Assembly: GCA_900315875.1 (NCBI GenBank)
Contig: ONAX01000009.1
Location: 4,009 to 68,008 of the forward strand
DNA: 64,000 bases
From: an uncultured Eubacteriales bacterium
Lineage (GTDB): Bacteria; Bacillota; Clostridia; Oscillospirales; Acutalibacteraceae
Direction of reading: 5' to 3'
The translations under genes were made by a program, and so were the position numbers. Below are positions 10,127 to 19,785 of this stretch, piece after piece. The notes under the pieces were generated by a model. It saw only the letters and a list, made by a program, of their open reading frames with translations, ran no database searches and was not told where the DNA came from. The stretch's first letter is position 1. Every line of letters begins with the position of its first letter.

Positions 10127-13100
10127 TTATTTTACTGTAACCTTGAAGGTTTTTTCAGAGCTTGCTCCGTTGCTGTCGGTTACGGTACATTTTATGTCAA
10201 AGACGCCAGTATTTTTGGGTTTGAAGGTGCCGAAGTTTACTCCGGTTGCCATCTCTGACCATTTTGACGAGGATTCTTTCTTGTAAAGGAAGCTGTAGGT
10301 GTAATCGCCGCTGCCGCCGGATGCTGCGCCTGTTACGGTTATTCTTGTTCCGGCTGTAACCTCTGTAGCGTTGATTGTGGATTTGTTTACAGGGTTTGCA
10401 GATGTGTCGTTCGTGATGCAAAGATCATACTTCTTGCTTACAAGATTATTCTCGCTGTCTATTATGTCAATCTTGATGTTGAAATCTCCCTCGGATTTCG
10501 GAGTGAATGCAACGCATGTTGTTTCTCCGAATTCTGCGCCGAGAATCTTCCATGCTTTTGCGGTGGTGCGCTTGTAGTAGTAAGCATATCTGTATCCGCT
10601 GCTGCCGGTTGCTGCGCCTGTCATGAAGATGCGCGTTCCGGGTACTGCCCTTGTTGTGCTTATGGTGGATTTGTTTTCGAATGCGGTGGATGCACCGTCA
10701 ACAATGCTTACTGCCTTTGATATTTCGTCTGTATTTCCGCTGCCGTCGGTTGCAAGAATCCTGATATCAAAATCTGCTATATCCTTCGGAGTAAAGAATA
10801 CTGTTGTACCTGCCTTAGCTTTTTCGACAAGCGTTACCCAGCGCTTCGCTGTTTTACGCTTGTAATAATAGTTGAAGCTGTAGTTTCCGTCTCCGCCAGT
10901 AGCCGATCCGGTCATGTAAATTCTTGAGCCGAGGGAAAGCTTTCCTGCATTTACCGTAGAGGTATTTTCAAGAGGCTGGGAAACTTTTTCTGCCGTTACG
11001 GTGAATATCTTTTCAGCGGAGCTGCTGACATCACTTACTATAGCTTTGATCTGATAGTTGCCTGCTTCATACGGAATGAATTCTTTCGAAGCGCCCGTTC
11101 CGAGATATGTCCATTCCTCGTTGCCGTCCATGCAGTACCAGTATGCATAGCTGTAATTGCCATTGCCGCCGCTTGCTGCACCGGTGATCGTAACAGATTC
11201 GCCAACATTAACATTGGTTGCGCTTATCGTAGATTCGTTTGCAAGGGGGATCACAGGCTCCGGCTTTTCCCCGAATGTTACTGTGACCTTGCTGTTTGCC
11301 TGATCGTATTCGATCTCGACCTTTTTGCCTGCGGAAAGTCCGTATACAGTAACGCTCTTTCCTCTTGAACTTGCTGTTGTCAGATCATAAGTAGCACTTA
11401 CGCCTTCTTCATATGTCAGTTTTATGCTTTCCGGCACGCAAATGTATTTGCCTGTTGTCTTGTTGTAAATGCTGAAGCTGAGGTTTTCTGAACTTTTAGC
11501 TGTAAATGTATATCTGTATTTTCCGTCCTCGCCTGCTGTGAACTTTGTGTCAAAATTTGCCCAGTCATGCTCATTTGCAATGTAATAATTCAGGTATACG
11601 CTGTCAGTGGGTGTGGGATCCGGTCCGGGTTCGTCGCCGGAATTATATGACCAGTTTCCTACTGTGCATTTGCCGCTTTCCGTGCCGCTGATATAGAATG
11701 CGTTCTTTTCGTATTCGCAAAGAGAGATATCTACAGTCTGTGTTCCGGCGGAACCGGAATTGAAGATAACGTTCGCAAATTCACCGGCTTTGTTGAAGCT
11801 GACAGCATAGATATCCTCATTTGAGGAATTTGTTCCTACCTTGCTGAGCTTGACGCCCGGCCATTCTGCATTCTTGCTTGAGCCTGTCCATGCGTACGCA
11901 TATACGGAGCTCCATTTCTTGTTGTTGGTGAAGTAGTATGTCTGCCTGAGCGGATATACTGCAAGACCGCCGGTGTGCTTTCCGAGATCTGCTATGCGGC
12001 TGTTGAATTCATCAAGTACAGCCTTGTCGAATGTTGTCGCATTTCTGTATTCATAGTAAAGCTTTTTCAGGTTCTGATAAGCGTCATATGATGCATAGGT
12101 GTATTTTGACGAAAGGATGGAGGAGACATTCGTGAGCATTTCGGTCGCACTGACTGTTTCTCCGGTCATTGTTATGGTCTTTTCGGTATTGATTATCTGA
12201 GATGCATCTGTTCTTGAGCCCTCCATGATATAGCTATACTGGGGGAATATCTTGTCTTCTGTTACGCTCAGTCCGTTGAATACTATCTCGTTTTCAAATA
12301 CCTGAACATGATAGCCCTGACAGCTGTCGCAGTCACCGTTGGAATAAGTCAGACTGCCGGGATCGTCCGGATCCGGGAAGGTCGAACCTGCAAGAGCCGG
12401 TGTATGGATCATGTTCGCAGCTTTTTGGTTATTAGCATTTTCGCCATTATCGAAATAGTTGTAATCCATCGTAAAGTCTTCGTGTGTATGACCCGAAAGG
12501 AAGGTGATATCCGGATAATCTATGAGCATCTGCTTGAATTGTGCGTTATGAGTCTTGTCCGGATCCATAAGTCCGCCGTAATATGGGTTGGACATTCTGT
12601 CGCCGGCTCCGAAGCCTCTGACAGGGGCATGTTCGACGAGGAAAATATTCCTGCTGCCATAATACTGATTAATGATAGATTTTGCCCAGTTTATCTGTGC
12701 CGTAGAAAAGACATCATCATTATTCGGTTCTCCTTTTTCCAGTGCCATGAAGAGGAAGATATCTCCCGTCTTTTTCTCTACCATGCAGAAATACGGCGTG
12801 GAGCTGTCCGAGCCGTCTGTTCCAGTAGCCTTTACGTATTTTTCGTTACCATAACCGGCGTAATTACTTTCATCTTGCTTGAAATCATGGTTCCCGTTTG
12901 ATTCCCATACAGGATTAACAAAATCACTCTGACTGAGTATACTCTCATAGGCCTGCCATTCCTGACTGAGGCTGTTACCTGTAGCTATGTCGCCGGAAAT
13001 CACGATATAGTCTGCACCTCTGTCAGTGCTGACACCAAGAGCATTTCTCAGATTTGTTTTTGATCTTTTCCAATATAAGTTACTGCCGCTGCGTGTATCG

Positions 13101-14170
13101 ATATGCAGATCGGAATAAACGCTGAAGGAGTAGAGCTCGTTGCCGCTGACAGCGTGGGAAAGAAGCTTGTCCTCAGGTATGGTAAAAACAGAATATGCTT
13201 CATCCGTGTAAAGCGAATCTGTGGTAGCGATGACCTTTGTTGCGCCTGCCGGGATAGCTGTGTGATATCCGAGTGTTACGGATCCGCTCTTTCCGGCACT
13301 GAGTTTCAGTTCTCCGATCGGATAATATCCGTCGAGAGCCTTTTTATTATTTGCCCAGTAGAGCTTATATGTACCTGCTGCGTCTGCACTGAGTGTGATC
13401 TTACCCTGTGCATAGCCTGCTTTACTACTGCTGAAATTATATGTAATTTTTCCGTTGTCTTCTACGTAAGAGGGGCTGTACGGATTTTTACTGCATAGCA
13501 GGTCATATGAGGAATTCTGATTAATAAGACCTTCACTGTTCTGTGACAGCATTATTATTCTGATATATTGATCAGGATATGGAATTGACGGTGTTACAAG
13601 GCACATATATGCATATACTGTCTCGTCCCCCGATGATGTTCCCAGAAATGCCAGCGGCTCTATGCTGGCACCACCCATGCCGTCAAAGTAATTATGGAAT
13701 ACTTCGTTTGCCTTTCCGGTCAGGATACAGGAAGTCTGATCAGAGTATAATTCTACTCCGCCGCATGGTGGATAATCCGGAGGATCGATGGTATTGTTAT
13801 GCGAATAATCATTGAGATTGAAATCCTTTACGGAAGATATGGAGCAGGTACTTTCATCTCTCTGGTATACGACCACCTTTTTGAGGTCAGAACCCTGACG
13901 GCAGATATAATAATAATTTGTTCCTGCTACAGTCTGTACACCGTAGCATGCGAGAGGAACAAGCGTCTCCCCTGAATAGGATGCCGCTGCCAATTCAAAA
14001 ACTGTCTTTGCAGTTCTCTGAACTGAGCCCTGCGTGTTGGTGCTGACGGTATTCCAGCCGTCAAAAGACGATGCGTAGACGACAGGGAATGCTGCCTGCG
14101 CCGCAGGGATGATCATCGCCGCGGAAAGCATTACGGCGAAGATGCGTGAGGTGGTTCTTTTTGATTCCAT
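10127..14170 (-). CDS. Secreted multidomain protein: cystatin-like, Ig-like, calcineurin-type metallophosphoesterase, CBM25/26-like, then 4 Ig-like Y-rich repeats
   Basis: Signal peptide. QTVAG (cystatin QxVxG). Phosphoesterase motifs DLHID, GDIATGN, GNHD, GHTHE. Starch-binding-like YYFTNNKKWSSVYAYAWTG..EWPGVKL..VIFNSGS.GTQT. Four C-terminal repeats. Confidence 0.85.
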   Translation of the reverse strand: MESKRTTSRIFAVMLSAAMIIPAAQAAFPVVYASSFDGWNTVSTNTQGSVQRTAKTVFELAAASYSGETLVPLACYGVQTVAGTNYYYICRQGSDLKKVVVYQRDESTCSISSVKDFNLNDYSHNNTIDPPDYPPCGGVELYSDQTSCILTGKANEVFHNYFDGMGGASIEPLAFLGTSSGDETVYAYMCLVTPSIPYPDQYIRIIMLSQNSEGLINQNSSYDLLCSKNPYSPSYVEDNGKITYNFSSSKAGYAQGKITLSADAAGTYKLYWANNKKALDGYYPIGELKLSAGKSGSVTLGYHTAIPAGATKVIATTDSLYTDEAYSVFTIPEDKLLSHAVSGNELYSFSVYSDLHIDTRSGSNLYWKRSKTNLRNALGVSTDRGADYIVISGDIATGNSLSQEWQAYESILSQSDFVNPVWESNGNHDFKQDESNYAGYGNEKYVKATGTDGSDSSTPYFCMVEKKTGDIFLFMALEKGEPNNDDVFSTAQINWAKSIINQYYGSRNIFLVEHAPVRGFGAGDRMSNPYYGGLMDPDKTHNAQFKQMLIDYPDITFLSGHTHEDFTMDYNYFDNGENANNQKAANMIHTPALAGSTFPDPDDPGSLTYSNGDCDSCQGYHVQVFENEIVFNGLSVTEDKIFPQYSYIMEGSRTDASQIINTEKTITMTGETVSATEMLTNVSSILSSKYTYASYDAYQNLKKLYYEYRNATTFDKAVLDEFNSRIADLGKHTGGLAVYPLRQTYYFTNNKKWSSVYAYAWTGSSKNAEWPGVKLSKVGTNSSNEDIYAVSFNKAGEFANVIFNSGSAGTQTVDISLCEYEKNAFYISGTESGKCTVGNWSYNSGDEPGPDPTPTDSVYLNYYIANEHDWANFDTKFTAGEDGKYRYTFTAKSSENLSFSIYNKTTGKYICVPESIKLTYEEGVSATYDLTTASSRGKSVTVYGLSAGKKVEIEYDQANSKVTVTFGEKPEPVIPLANESTISATNVNVGESVTITGAASGGNGNYSYAYWYCMDGNEEWTYLGTGASKEFIPYEAGNYQIKAIVSDVSSSAEKIFTVTAEKVSQPLENTSTVNAGKLSLGSRIYMTGSATGGDGNYSFNYYYKRKTAKRWVTLVEKAKAGTTVFFTPKDIADFDIRILATDGSGNTDEISKAVSIVDGASTAFENKSTISTTRAVPGTRIFMTGAATGSSGYRYAYYYKRTTAKAWKILGAEFGETTCVAFTPKSEGDFNIKIDIIDSENNLVSKKYDLCITNDTSANPVNKSTINATEVTAGTRITVTGAASGGSGDYTYSFLYKKESSSKWSEMATGVNFGTFKPKNTGVFDIKCTVTDSNGASSEKTFKVTVK
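10130..11248 (-). repeat. Four tandem 88-98 codon coding repeats (Ig-like, GGxGxYxYxYYYK motif)
   Basis: Each repeat starts P(L/V)xN(K/E)STI and contains TGAASGGNGNYSYAYWY, GGDGNYSFNYYYKRK, GSSGYRYAYYYKR or GGSGDYTYSFLYKK. Confidence 0.7.
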
Positions 14171-14433
14171 AGTACCATCCTTTCGTTATTTTGCGCAAAT
14201 AGCTTACCGGCAATTTGTGCAAATGACACAAAAACACGTCCGATATTTTGATATTATTATATCATTATAATAAACAATAGTAAACTAAAAATATTCACAA
14301 GATTATTCAATAATCAAAAATAAGTTTGTTTAATATTACTAGCAAAGCAGTGAATTTATTAAACCCTATGAGCCAACCCTGCCTGAATAGATGTTTAACT
14401 GTTTGAAAAAATGGTTAAACCTGAAAATAATGT

Positions 14434-14462
14434 TTGACAAAGTGAAATTAAAATGCTATACT
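14434..14462 (+). promoter_or_regulatory. Sigma-70 type promoter
   Basis: TTGACA, 17 nt, TATACT. Confidence 0.6.
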
Positions 14463-14516
14463 TGTAGCATAAAGTTTGCCGGACCAATAAATGGCAAACG
14501 GGAAAGGAGCACGAAT

Positions 14517-14549
14517 ATGATTTATTATACAGAGGTAATTTTCTGCTAA
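14517..14549 (+). CDS. Micro-ORF MIYYTEVIFC (possible leader peptide)
   Basis: GGAAAGGAG SD, 7 nt, ATG; 10 codons then TAA. Confidence 0.3.
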   Translation: MIYYTEVIFC

Positions 14550-14640
14550 CTGAATATTGGCACGTATTTTAGCCGGGGAGATACTGCCCCCTCCTGTTGT
14601 CGTGCCGTTTAAGGAACCTTTTGTGATTTTTGACTGATTT

Positions 14641-14668
14641 CAGCACACTCGGAAAGGGTGTGCTTTTT
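14641..14668 (+). terminator. Intrinsic terminator 1
   Basis: AGCACAC-loop-GTGTGCT followed by TTTTTATATTTTTT. Confidence 0.65.
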
Positions 14669-14679
14669 ATATTTTTTCA

Positions 14680-14720
14680 GCCGCAGAAATCCCAATGGGG
14701 TTGCTTTCTGCGGCATTTTT
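14680..14720 (+). terminator. Intrinsic terminator 2
   Basis: GCCGCAGAAA-N15-TTTCTGCGGC followed by ATTTTT. Confidence 0.65.
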
Positions 14721-14779
14721 GTGTCCAATTTCAGTTAGCGGACGAACACATTTAATAACTGAATTTGGAGGAAAAAACA

Positions 14780-15817
14780 ATGAATATCAAAGATTACGGA
14801 TTTAATTATGACGCACATTCTGATAGCATAAGCGGTACTCCCGCACGTATAACCGCCGTTCATAAAGGTCGCTTCGGCATTGTGTCCGACTTTGGCGAGG
14901 GCTTTGCTCAGCTTAAGGGCAAGCAGTATTATTTCGAGGGTGAAACCTTCCCCACCGTCGGCGACTTTGTACTGATTGATTACAACAAGGACGGCGACAG
15001 CAGGATTATTAAAACTATGCCGCGCAAAACCTACTTTTCGCGCCGTGATCCGGACAAAGGCAGAGGCGAGCAGGCAGTTGCCGCAAATTTCGATTATGTC
15101 TTCATAATGCAGTCACTGAACCACGACTTCAATTCCAAACGAATGGAACGATACCTTACAGCCGCACGTCAGTCGAAAGCCGAGCCTGTTATCGTACTCA
15201 CAAAGGCTGATCTTACTGACGATTATCTTCCCTATATTCTTGAAGCGGGCAGCGTCGCGGAGGGTGTGAGAATCTGCATTGTCAGTGCCAAAACCGGATA
15301 TGGGATGAACGAGCTGTCACCGTATCTGCAAAAGGGAAAAACGCTTGTGTTCATGGGGTCGTCGGGAGTCGGCAAATCGAGCCTTGTCAATGCCCTTGCA
15401 GGAAAGGAAATAATGGACGTAAACGGTATCCGCGAGGACGACAGCAAGGGCAGGCACACCACTACCCACCGCGAGCTGATAATGCTAAAAAACGGCGTAA
15501 TGATTATTGACACCCCGGGCATGCGCGAGCTTGGTATGTGGGATGTCAGCGAGGGTCTGGGCGACGCTTTTTCAGAAATAGAAGATCTTGCACAGAGATG
15601 CAGATTCCGCGATTGCAAACACGAGACCGAACCGGGCTGTGCAGTGATTGAAGCCATCAGAAACGGCGGGCTTGACGAAAGCCGGCTTGAAAGCTACCGG
15701 AAAATAAAGGCAGAAGCTAAATACAGCGGCGATTCAGCAGAATACCGCAGACAGAAGGAGCAGTTCTTCAAATCTGTTGTGATAGGCGAAAGAAAGAAGA
15801 AAAAGGATTTGTATTGA
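14780..15817 (+). CDS. rsgA: Ribosome small-subunit-dependent GTPase A
   Basis: Permuted GTPase with GSSGVGKSSLVNAL and zinc knuckle CRFRDCKHETEPGCAV. ATG at 14780 follows GGAGG; the track start at 14765 is TTG. Confidence 0.9.
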   Translation: MNIKDYGFNYDAHSDSISGTPARITAVHKGRFGIVSDFGEGFAQLKGKQYYFEGETFPTVGDFVLIDYNKDGDSRIIKTMPRKTYFSRRDPDKGRGEQAVAANFDYVFIMQSLNHDFNSKRMERYLTAARQSKAEPVIVLTKADLTDDYLPYILEAGSVAEGVRICIVSAKTGYGMNELSPYLQKGKTLVFMGSSGVGKSSLVNALAGKEIMDVNGIREDDSKGRHTTTHRELIMLKNGVMIIDTPGMRELGMWDVSEGLGDAFSEIEDLAQRCRFRDCKHETEPGCAVIEAIRNGGLDESRLESYRKIKAEAKYSGDSAEYRRQKEQFFKSVVIGERKKKKDLY

Positions 15818-15845
15818 GATCAGGAGCAGCAAAAAGGAGGCAACC

Positions 15846-16301
15846 ATGGTAGAACTAAGACCAATAACAGAGGATAACTTTATTGACGCTTTTGCTCTCA
15901 AGCTTGCATCGGGGCAGGAAAAATTTGTTTCTCACCCGATACGAAGCCTTGCACAGGCTTATATATACAGAGATCAATGTCAGCCATCCGGAATATTTGC
16001 TGACGGAAAAATGGTAGGATATGTTATGGTGATTTATGACTATGACATTCAGGAGTATGATATCTGGCACATGCTGATAGATGCATCAGTGCAGGGGCAA
16101 GGCTTCGGGAGTGCTGCCTTGGATAAGGTTATCGACTATATCAGGACAAAGCCTTTCGGCAGTTCCGACAGAGTTGCCCTGACCTGCAACAAAAACAATA
16201 TTGCCGCAAGAAAGCTGTATGAAAGAAAGGGCTTTGCGGAAACAGGTGTAGAGGATGAGGACGAAAAAGAGTTTGTACTGATGCTGAAGTGCATCTTATA
16301 A
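15846..16301 (+). CDS. GNAT family N-acetyltransferase
   Basis: Acetyl-CoA loop VQGQGFGSAAL and C-terminal ARKLYERKGF. Confidence 0.85.
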   Translation: MVELRPITEDNFIDAFALKLASGQEKFVSHPIRSLAQAYIYRDQCQPSGIFADGKMVGYVMVIYDYDIQEYDIWHMLIDASVQGQGFGSAALDKVIDYIRTKPFGSSDRVALTCNKNNIAARKLYERKGFAETGVEDEDEKEFVLMLKCIL

Positions 16302-16331
16302 ACTACCAAAAAGGAAAAGAGGGATACAAAA

Positions 16332-17345
16332 ATGATATATGCAGAACACCTCAGGAAAGAATTCAAGAAAACCGTCAAGGAACCCGGACTGAAAGGAAGC
16401 TTCAAGGCTCTTTTCAAGCCAAAGAAAGAGATAGTGGTTGCGGCTTCCGATATCAGCTTTCACGTTCCGAAAGGCGAAATACTGGGCTTCATCGGCCCGA
16501 ACGGTGCCGGAAAGTCTACAGTAATAAAAATGCTGACGGGCATTCTCACGCCTACAAGCGGACAGTGCCGGATCAACGGAAAAATACCGCAGAATGACAG
16601 AAAAAAATATGTCAAAGAAATAGGCGCAGTGTTCGGTCAGAGAACACAGCTTTGGTGGGATCTCCCGCTGCAGGAAACATATAACGTACTCAAAGAAATA
16701 TATGAAGTGGATGACGAAAAATTCAAAAAGCGCATGGCTTTTCTGAATGAGGTTCTTGAGCTTGAAAAATTCATCAAATCTCCTGTAAGAACACTTTCTC
16801 TCGGTCAGAGAATGAGGGCGGATATTGCTGCTTCAATGCTGCACAGCCCGAAGGTGCTGTTTCTTGATGAGCCGACAATCGGCCTTGATGTCGTAGTCAA
16901 GGATAACATCCGTCAGGCTATCATGAAAATAAACAAGGAAGAGCAAACAACAGTTATTCTTACAACTCACGATATCAGCGATATAGAACTGCTTTGCGAC
17001 AGGATCGTAATGATCGATAAGGGCAAAAATGTCTATGACGGTTCACTACAGAAACTGCGCGAAAACTTCGGTCAGACAAGAGAGCTTGTATTTGAAACGG
17101 ATAATTCCGCAAATCTTACGGAAGAACTTTTCAGAAAGGGACTGAAGCTCGATGAGTGCGACCTTGTCTTTGAAAATAAAAAGAACAACTACAAGATAAG
17201 ATTCAACAGTGCAAAGATCCCTGTCGGCGAAATGCTCAGCTATACCCTTTCACTTACGAAAGTTAAGGATATTTCCGTAAAGGATGCTGATATTGAGGAG
17301 ATCATCCGAAACCTCTACAGACAGGGAGGCGCATCCGATGAATAA
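16332..17345 (+). CDS. ABC transporter ATP-binding protein
   Basis: Walker A GPNGAGKST, signature LSLGQRMR, Walker B LFLDEPT. Confidence 0.9.
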   Translation: MIYAEHLRKEFKKTVKEPGLKGSFKALFKPKKEIVVAASDISFHVPKGEILGFIGPNGAGKSTVIKMLTGILTPTSGQCRINGKIPQNDRKKYVKEIGAVFGQRTQLWWDLPLQETYNVLKEIYEVDDEKFKKRMAFLNEVLELEKFIKSPVRTLSLGQRMRADIAASMLHSPKVLFLDEPTIGLDVVVKDNIRQAIMKINKEEQTTVILTTHDISDIELLCDRIVMIDKGKNVYDGSLQKLRENFGQTRELVFETDNSANLTEELFRKGLKLDECDLVFENKKNNYKIRFNSAKIPVGEMLSYTLSLTKVKDISVKDADIEEIIRNLYRQGGASDE

Positions 17346-18156
17346 GATTATAAGACGTTATGTACCATTCATGAAAGCAGGAGTACAAAACCTTGTCGTT
17401 TACAGACTGAATTTTTTGGGCTTTGTTATCGGAGGACTTATCTACTGCTTTGTAATGTTCTATTTGTGGAAGGCAGTGTTTGAATCAAACGGTGGAGGAA
17501 TGTTCCTCGGCTTTTCAATGACTGATATGGTGGTTTATCTGTTTTTGTCAAATACCACCAGCCAGCTGATATTCAGCGGTGTAAGTAATGAAATAGGCGA
17601 AGAAATCCGGGACGGAAGTATCACCATGAGACTTCTGAAACCCGTTAACACTGATCTCAGCTATATGTTCAACGAGCTCGGAACAGCGCTTATGAAGGTA
17701 GTTGTGCTGCTGATTCCGGTTCTTGCAGGTCTTGAAATATACAGATTCTGCATGACGGGAACAGTTGTGTTCAGTGCAGTCAATTTTCTGCTGTATCTTA
17801 TCAGCTCCGTTCTTGCATACATAATATCGTTCAGGGTGAATCTGTGCTTCGGATTCATCGCATTCTATGTAAAGAATCTGTGGGGCATAGGTATTCTGAA
17901 AAACAGTATAATCGGCTTTTTATCAGGTTCACTGATACCGCTCGCATTTATGCCCGACGGACTGAGGGTGTGCCTGGAATATCTGCCCTTTGCCTCAATG
18001 AGCTATACTCCCGTTATGCTGTACATGGGAAAATACGGAACCTACGAAATACTTTTCCGTATCGGAATTCAGGTAGTATGGGCTGTTTTGCTGTACGGTC
18101 TTTCAAAGCTCATTTGGTTCGGCGCAATAAAAAAGCTTTGCATACAAGGGGGTTGA
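17338..18156 (+). CDS. ABC-2 type transporter permease
   Basis: Six-helix hydrophobic profile. ATG at 17338 (MNKIIRRY) overlaps the ATPase stop in ATGA style. Confidence 0.8.
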   Translation: MNKIIRRYVPFMKAGVQNLVVYRLNFLGFVIGGLIYCFVMFYLWKAVFESNGGGMFLGFSMTDMVVYLFLSNTTSQLIFSGVSNEIGEEIRDGSITMRLLKPVNTDLSYMFNELGTALMKVVVLLIPVLAGLEIYRFCMTGTVVFSAVNFLLYLISSVLAYIISFRVNLCFGFIAFYVKNLWGIGILKNSIIGFLSGSLIPLAFMPDGLRVCLEYLPFASMSYTPVMLYMGKYGTYEILFRIGIQVVWAVLLYGLSKLIWFGAIKKLCIQGG

Positions 18157-18160
18157 CATA

Positions 18161-18952
18161 ATGAAACGCATATTGAAAATATACACCCTGCTTGCGGCTC
18201 AGAACCTTAAACGACTTATGGAATACAGAGCCGACTTTCTCACGGGAGCTGTAAGCTTTCTTATTGATCAGGCAATAGGAATTGCTTTCATATTTATAAT
18301 TTTCACACAAATACCGCAGCTTGCAGGTTTTACTTTCCCGCAGATACTGTTCATATACGGCTTATCTCAGATACCCAAGGGACTGGATCATCTGCTGACA
18401 GACAACCTGTGGTGTGTAGGATATTTCATTGTACGAAAGGGAGATTTTGACAAATATCTGATCAGACCTATTAATCCGTTATTTCATGTAATCGCCGAAA
18501 CCTTTCAGGTCGATGCAATTGGCGAGCTTATTGTGGGAATCGGACTTCTGATATATGCTGCTCCTGATGCTGAGCTGCATTTATCAGTGTGGACAGTTCT
18601 TTTGTCAGTCATTGCAGTTCCGTTCGCAGCAATGATATATACCTCGCTGAAGATAATGACATCAGCACTTGCTTTCTGGATAAAGAGCAGCGGCTTTATT
18701 ATTCAGATGGTCTACGGAATGAATGAGTTTTCAAAATATCCCACAACCATATACAGCCTTCCGGTAAGAATATTTGTAACATACATAATTCCGTTTGCAT
18801 TTACCGGATATTATCTTTCACTATATCTTCTTACGGGGGAAAACCCGTTGTTCAATATAGGCGGTGTAATTCTGGTATCATCTGTATTGTTTGTTATTTC
18901 TGTTCTTATCTGGAATAAGGGCATTTCGGCATACGAAAGTGCCGGAGCATAG
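18161..18952 (+). CDS. ABC-2 type transporter permease (second subunit)
   Basis: Polytopic membrane protein immediately after the first permease. Confidence 0.8.
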   Translation: MKRILKIYTLLAAQNLKRLMEYRADFLTGAVSFLIDQAIGIAFIFIIFTQIPQLAGFTFPQILFIYGLSQIPKGLDHLLTDNLWCVGYFIVRKGDFDKYLIRPINPLFHVIAETFQVDAIGELIVGIGLLIYAAPDAELHLSVWTVLLSVIAVPFAAMIYTSLKIMTSALAFWIKSSGFIIQMVYGMNEFSKYPTTIYSLPVRIFVTYIIPFAFTGYYLSLYLLTGENPLFNIGGVILVSSVLFVISVLIWNKGISAYESAGA

Positions 18953-18985
18953 TAAACGAAAAATAATAAAAGGAGGTGCGAAAAA

Positions 18986-19171
18986 ATGATCGACAAGAAT
19001 TTCAGAGGAAATGCGTATGTTGTAAAGGGCGATCAGGTTTTATGCGAATATGTATCAGGTTTTGCAGATCTTCCGAATGAGATACCGAATACCATCGAAA
19101 CCAGATTCGCCAGTGCATCCGCTGGAAAGAAATGCGCAGCATCAGAAAAAATTCGGGGATATAATTCATAA
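18986..19171 (+). pseudogene. N-terminal fragment of a beta-lactamase-family serine hydrolase
   Basis: NFRGNAYVVKGDQVLCEYVSGFADLPNEIPNTIETRFASASAGK matches the region up to the S-x-x-K nucleophile motif. It then diverges and stops after 61 codons. Confidence 0.5.
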
Positions 19172-19188
19172 GGAGCAGGGATGCTGAA

Positions 19189-19785
19189 ATGGATATAGTA
19201 TTATACGTTCACGGCAGGGGCGGCAATGCTGATGAAGCAGAACACTATAAACCGCTTTTTCCTTCGTGTGAAGTAATCGGTCTTGATTATATGAGCACTA
19301 CGCCGTGGGATGCAGGAGAGGAAATCAGCCAAGCAGTCCGAAGGATGAGCACGCGATGTAAAAGAATATATCTTGTCGCAAACAGTATCGGCGCATTCTT
19401 CTGTATGAATGCAGATATCGGAAAATATATCGACCATGCATGGTTCATTTCACCTGTCGTTGATATGGAAAAGCTTATTACCGGCATGATAAATCTTGCC
19501 GGTGTCACAGAATCAGAATTAGAGAAAAAGCAAACTATCAGAACGGACTTCGGAGAGGAACTTTCGTGGGAATACCTTTGCTATGTGCGCAGACACCCTG
19601 TCGAATGGGATGTTCCGACTGATATTCTTTATGGCAGTAAGGATAATCTGACTTCCATAAAAACGATAACCGACTTTTCCGCAGCACACAATGCAAGACT
19701 TACCGTTATGGAAAACGGAGAGCATTGGTTTCATACAGAGCAGCAGATGCTTTTTCTTGATAACTGGATAAAAAACGATCAATAA
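19189..19785 (+). CDS. Alpha/beta hydrolase
   Basis: HGRGGN oxyanion region and nucleophile elbow LVANSIGAFF. Confidence 0.75.
   Translation: MDIVLYVHGRGGNADEAEHYKPLFPSCEVIGLDYMSTTPWDAGEEISQAVRRMSTRCKRIYLVANSIGAFFCMNADIGKYIDHAWFISPVVDMEKLITGMINLAGVTESELEKKQTIRTDFGEELSWEYLCYVRRHPVEWDVPTDILYGSKDNLTSIKTITDFSAAHNARLTVMENGEHWFHTEQQMLFLDNWIKNDQ

Larger units (their letters stand above)
14469..14668 (+). ncRNA. Candidate ~200-nt leader/sRNA transcription unit containing a 10-codon micro-ORF
   Basis: Bounded by a near-consensus promoter and an intrinsic terminator. Internal hairpins TTTGCC..GGCAAA and GGCACG..CGTGCC. No ORF of 60 aa or more. Confidence 0.4.
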
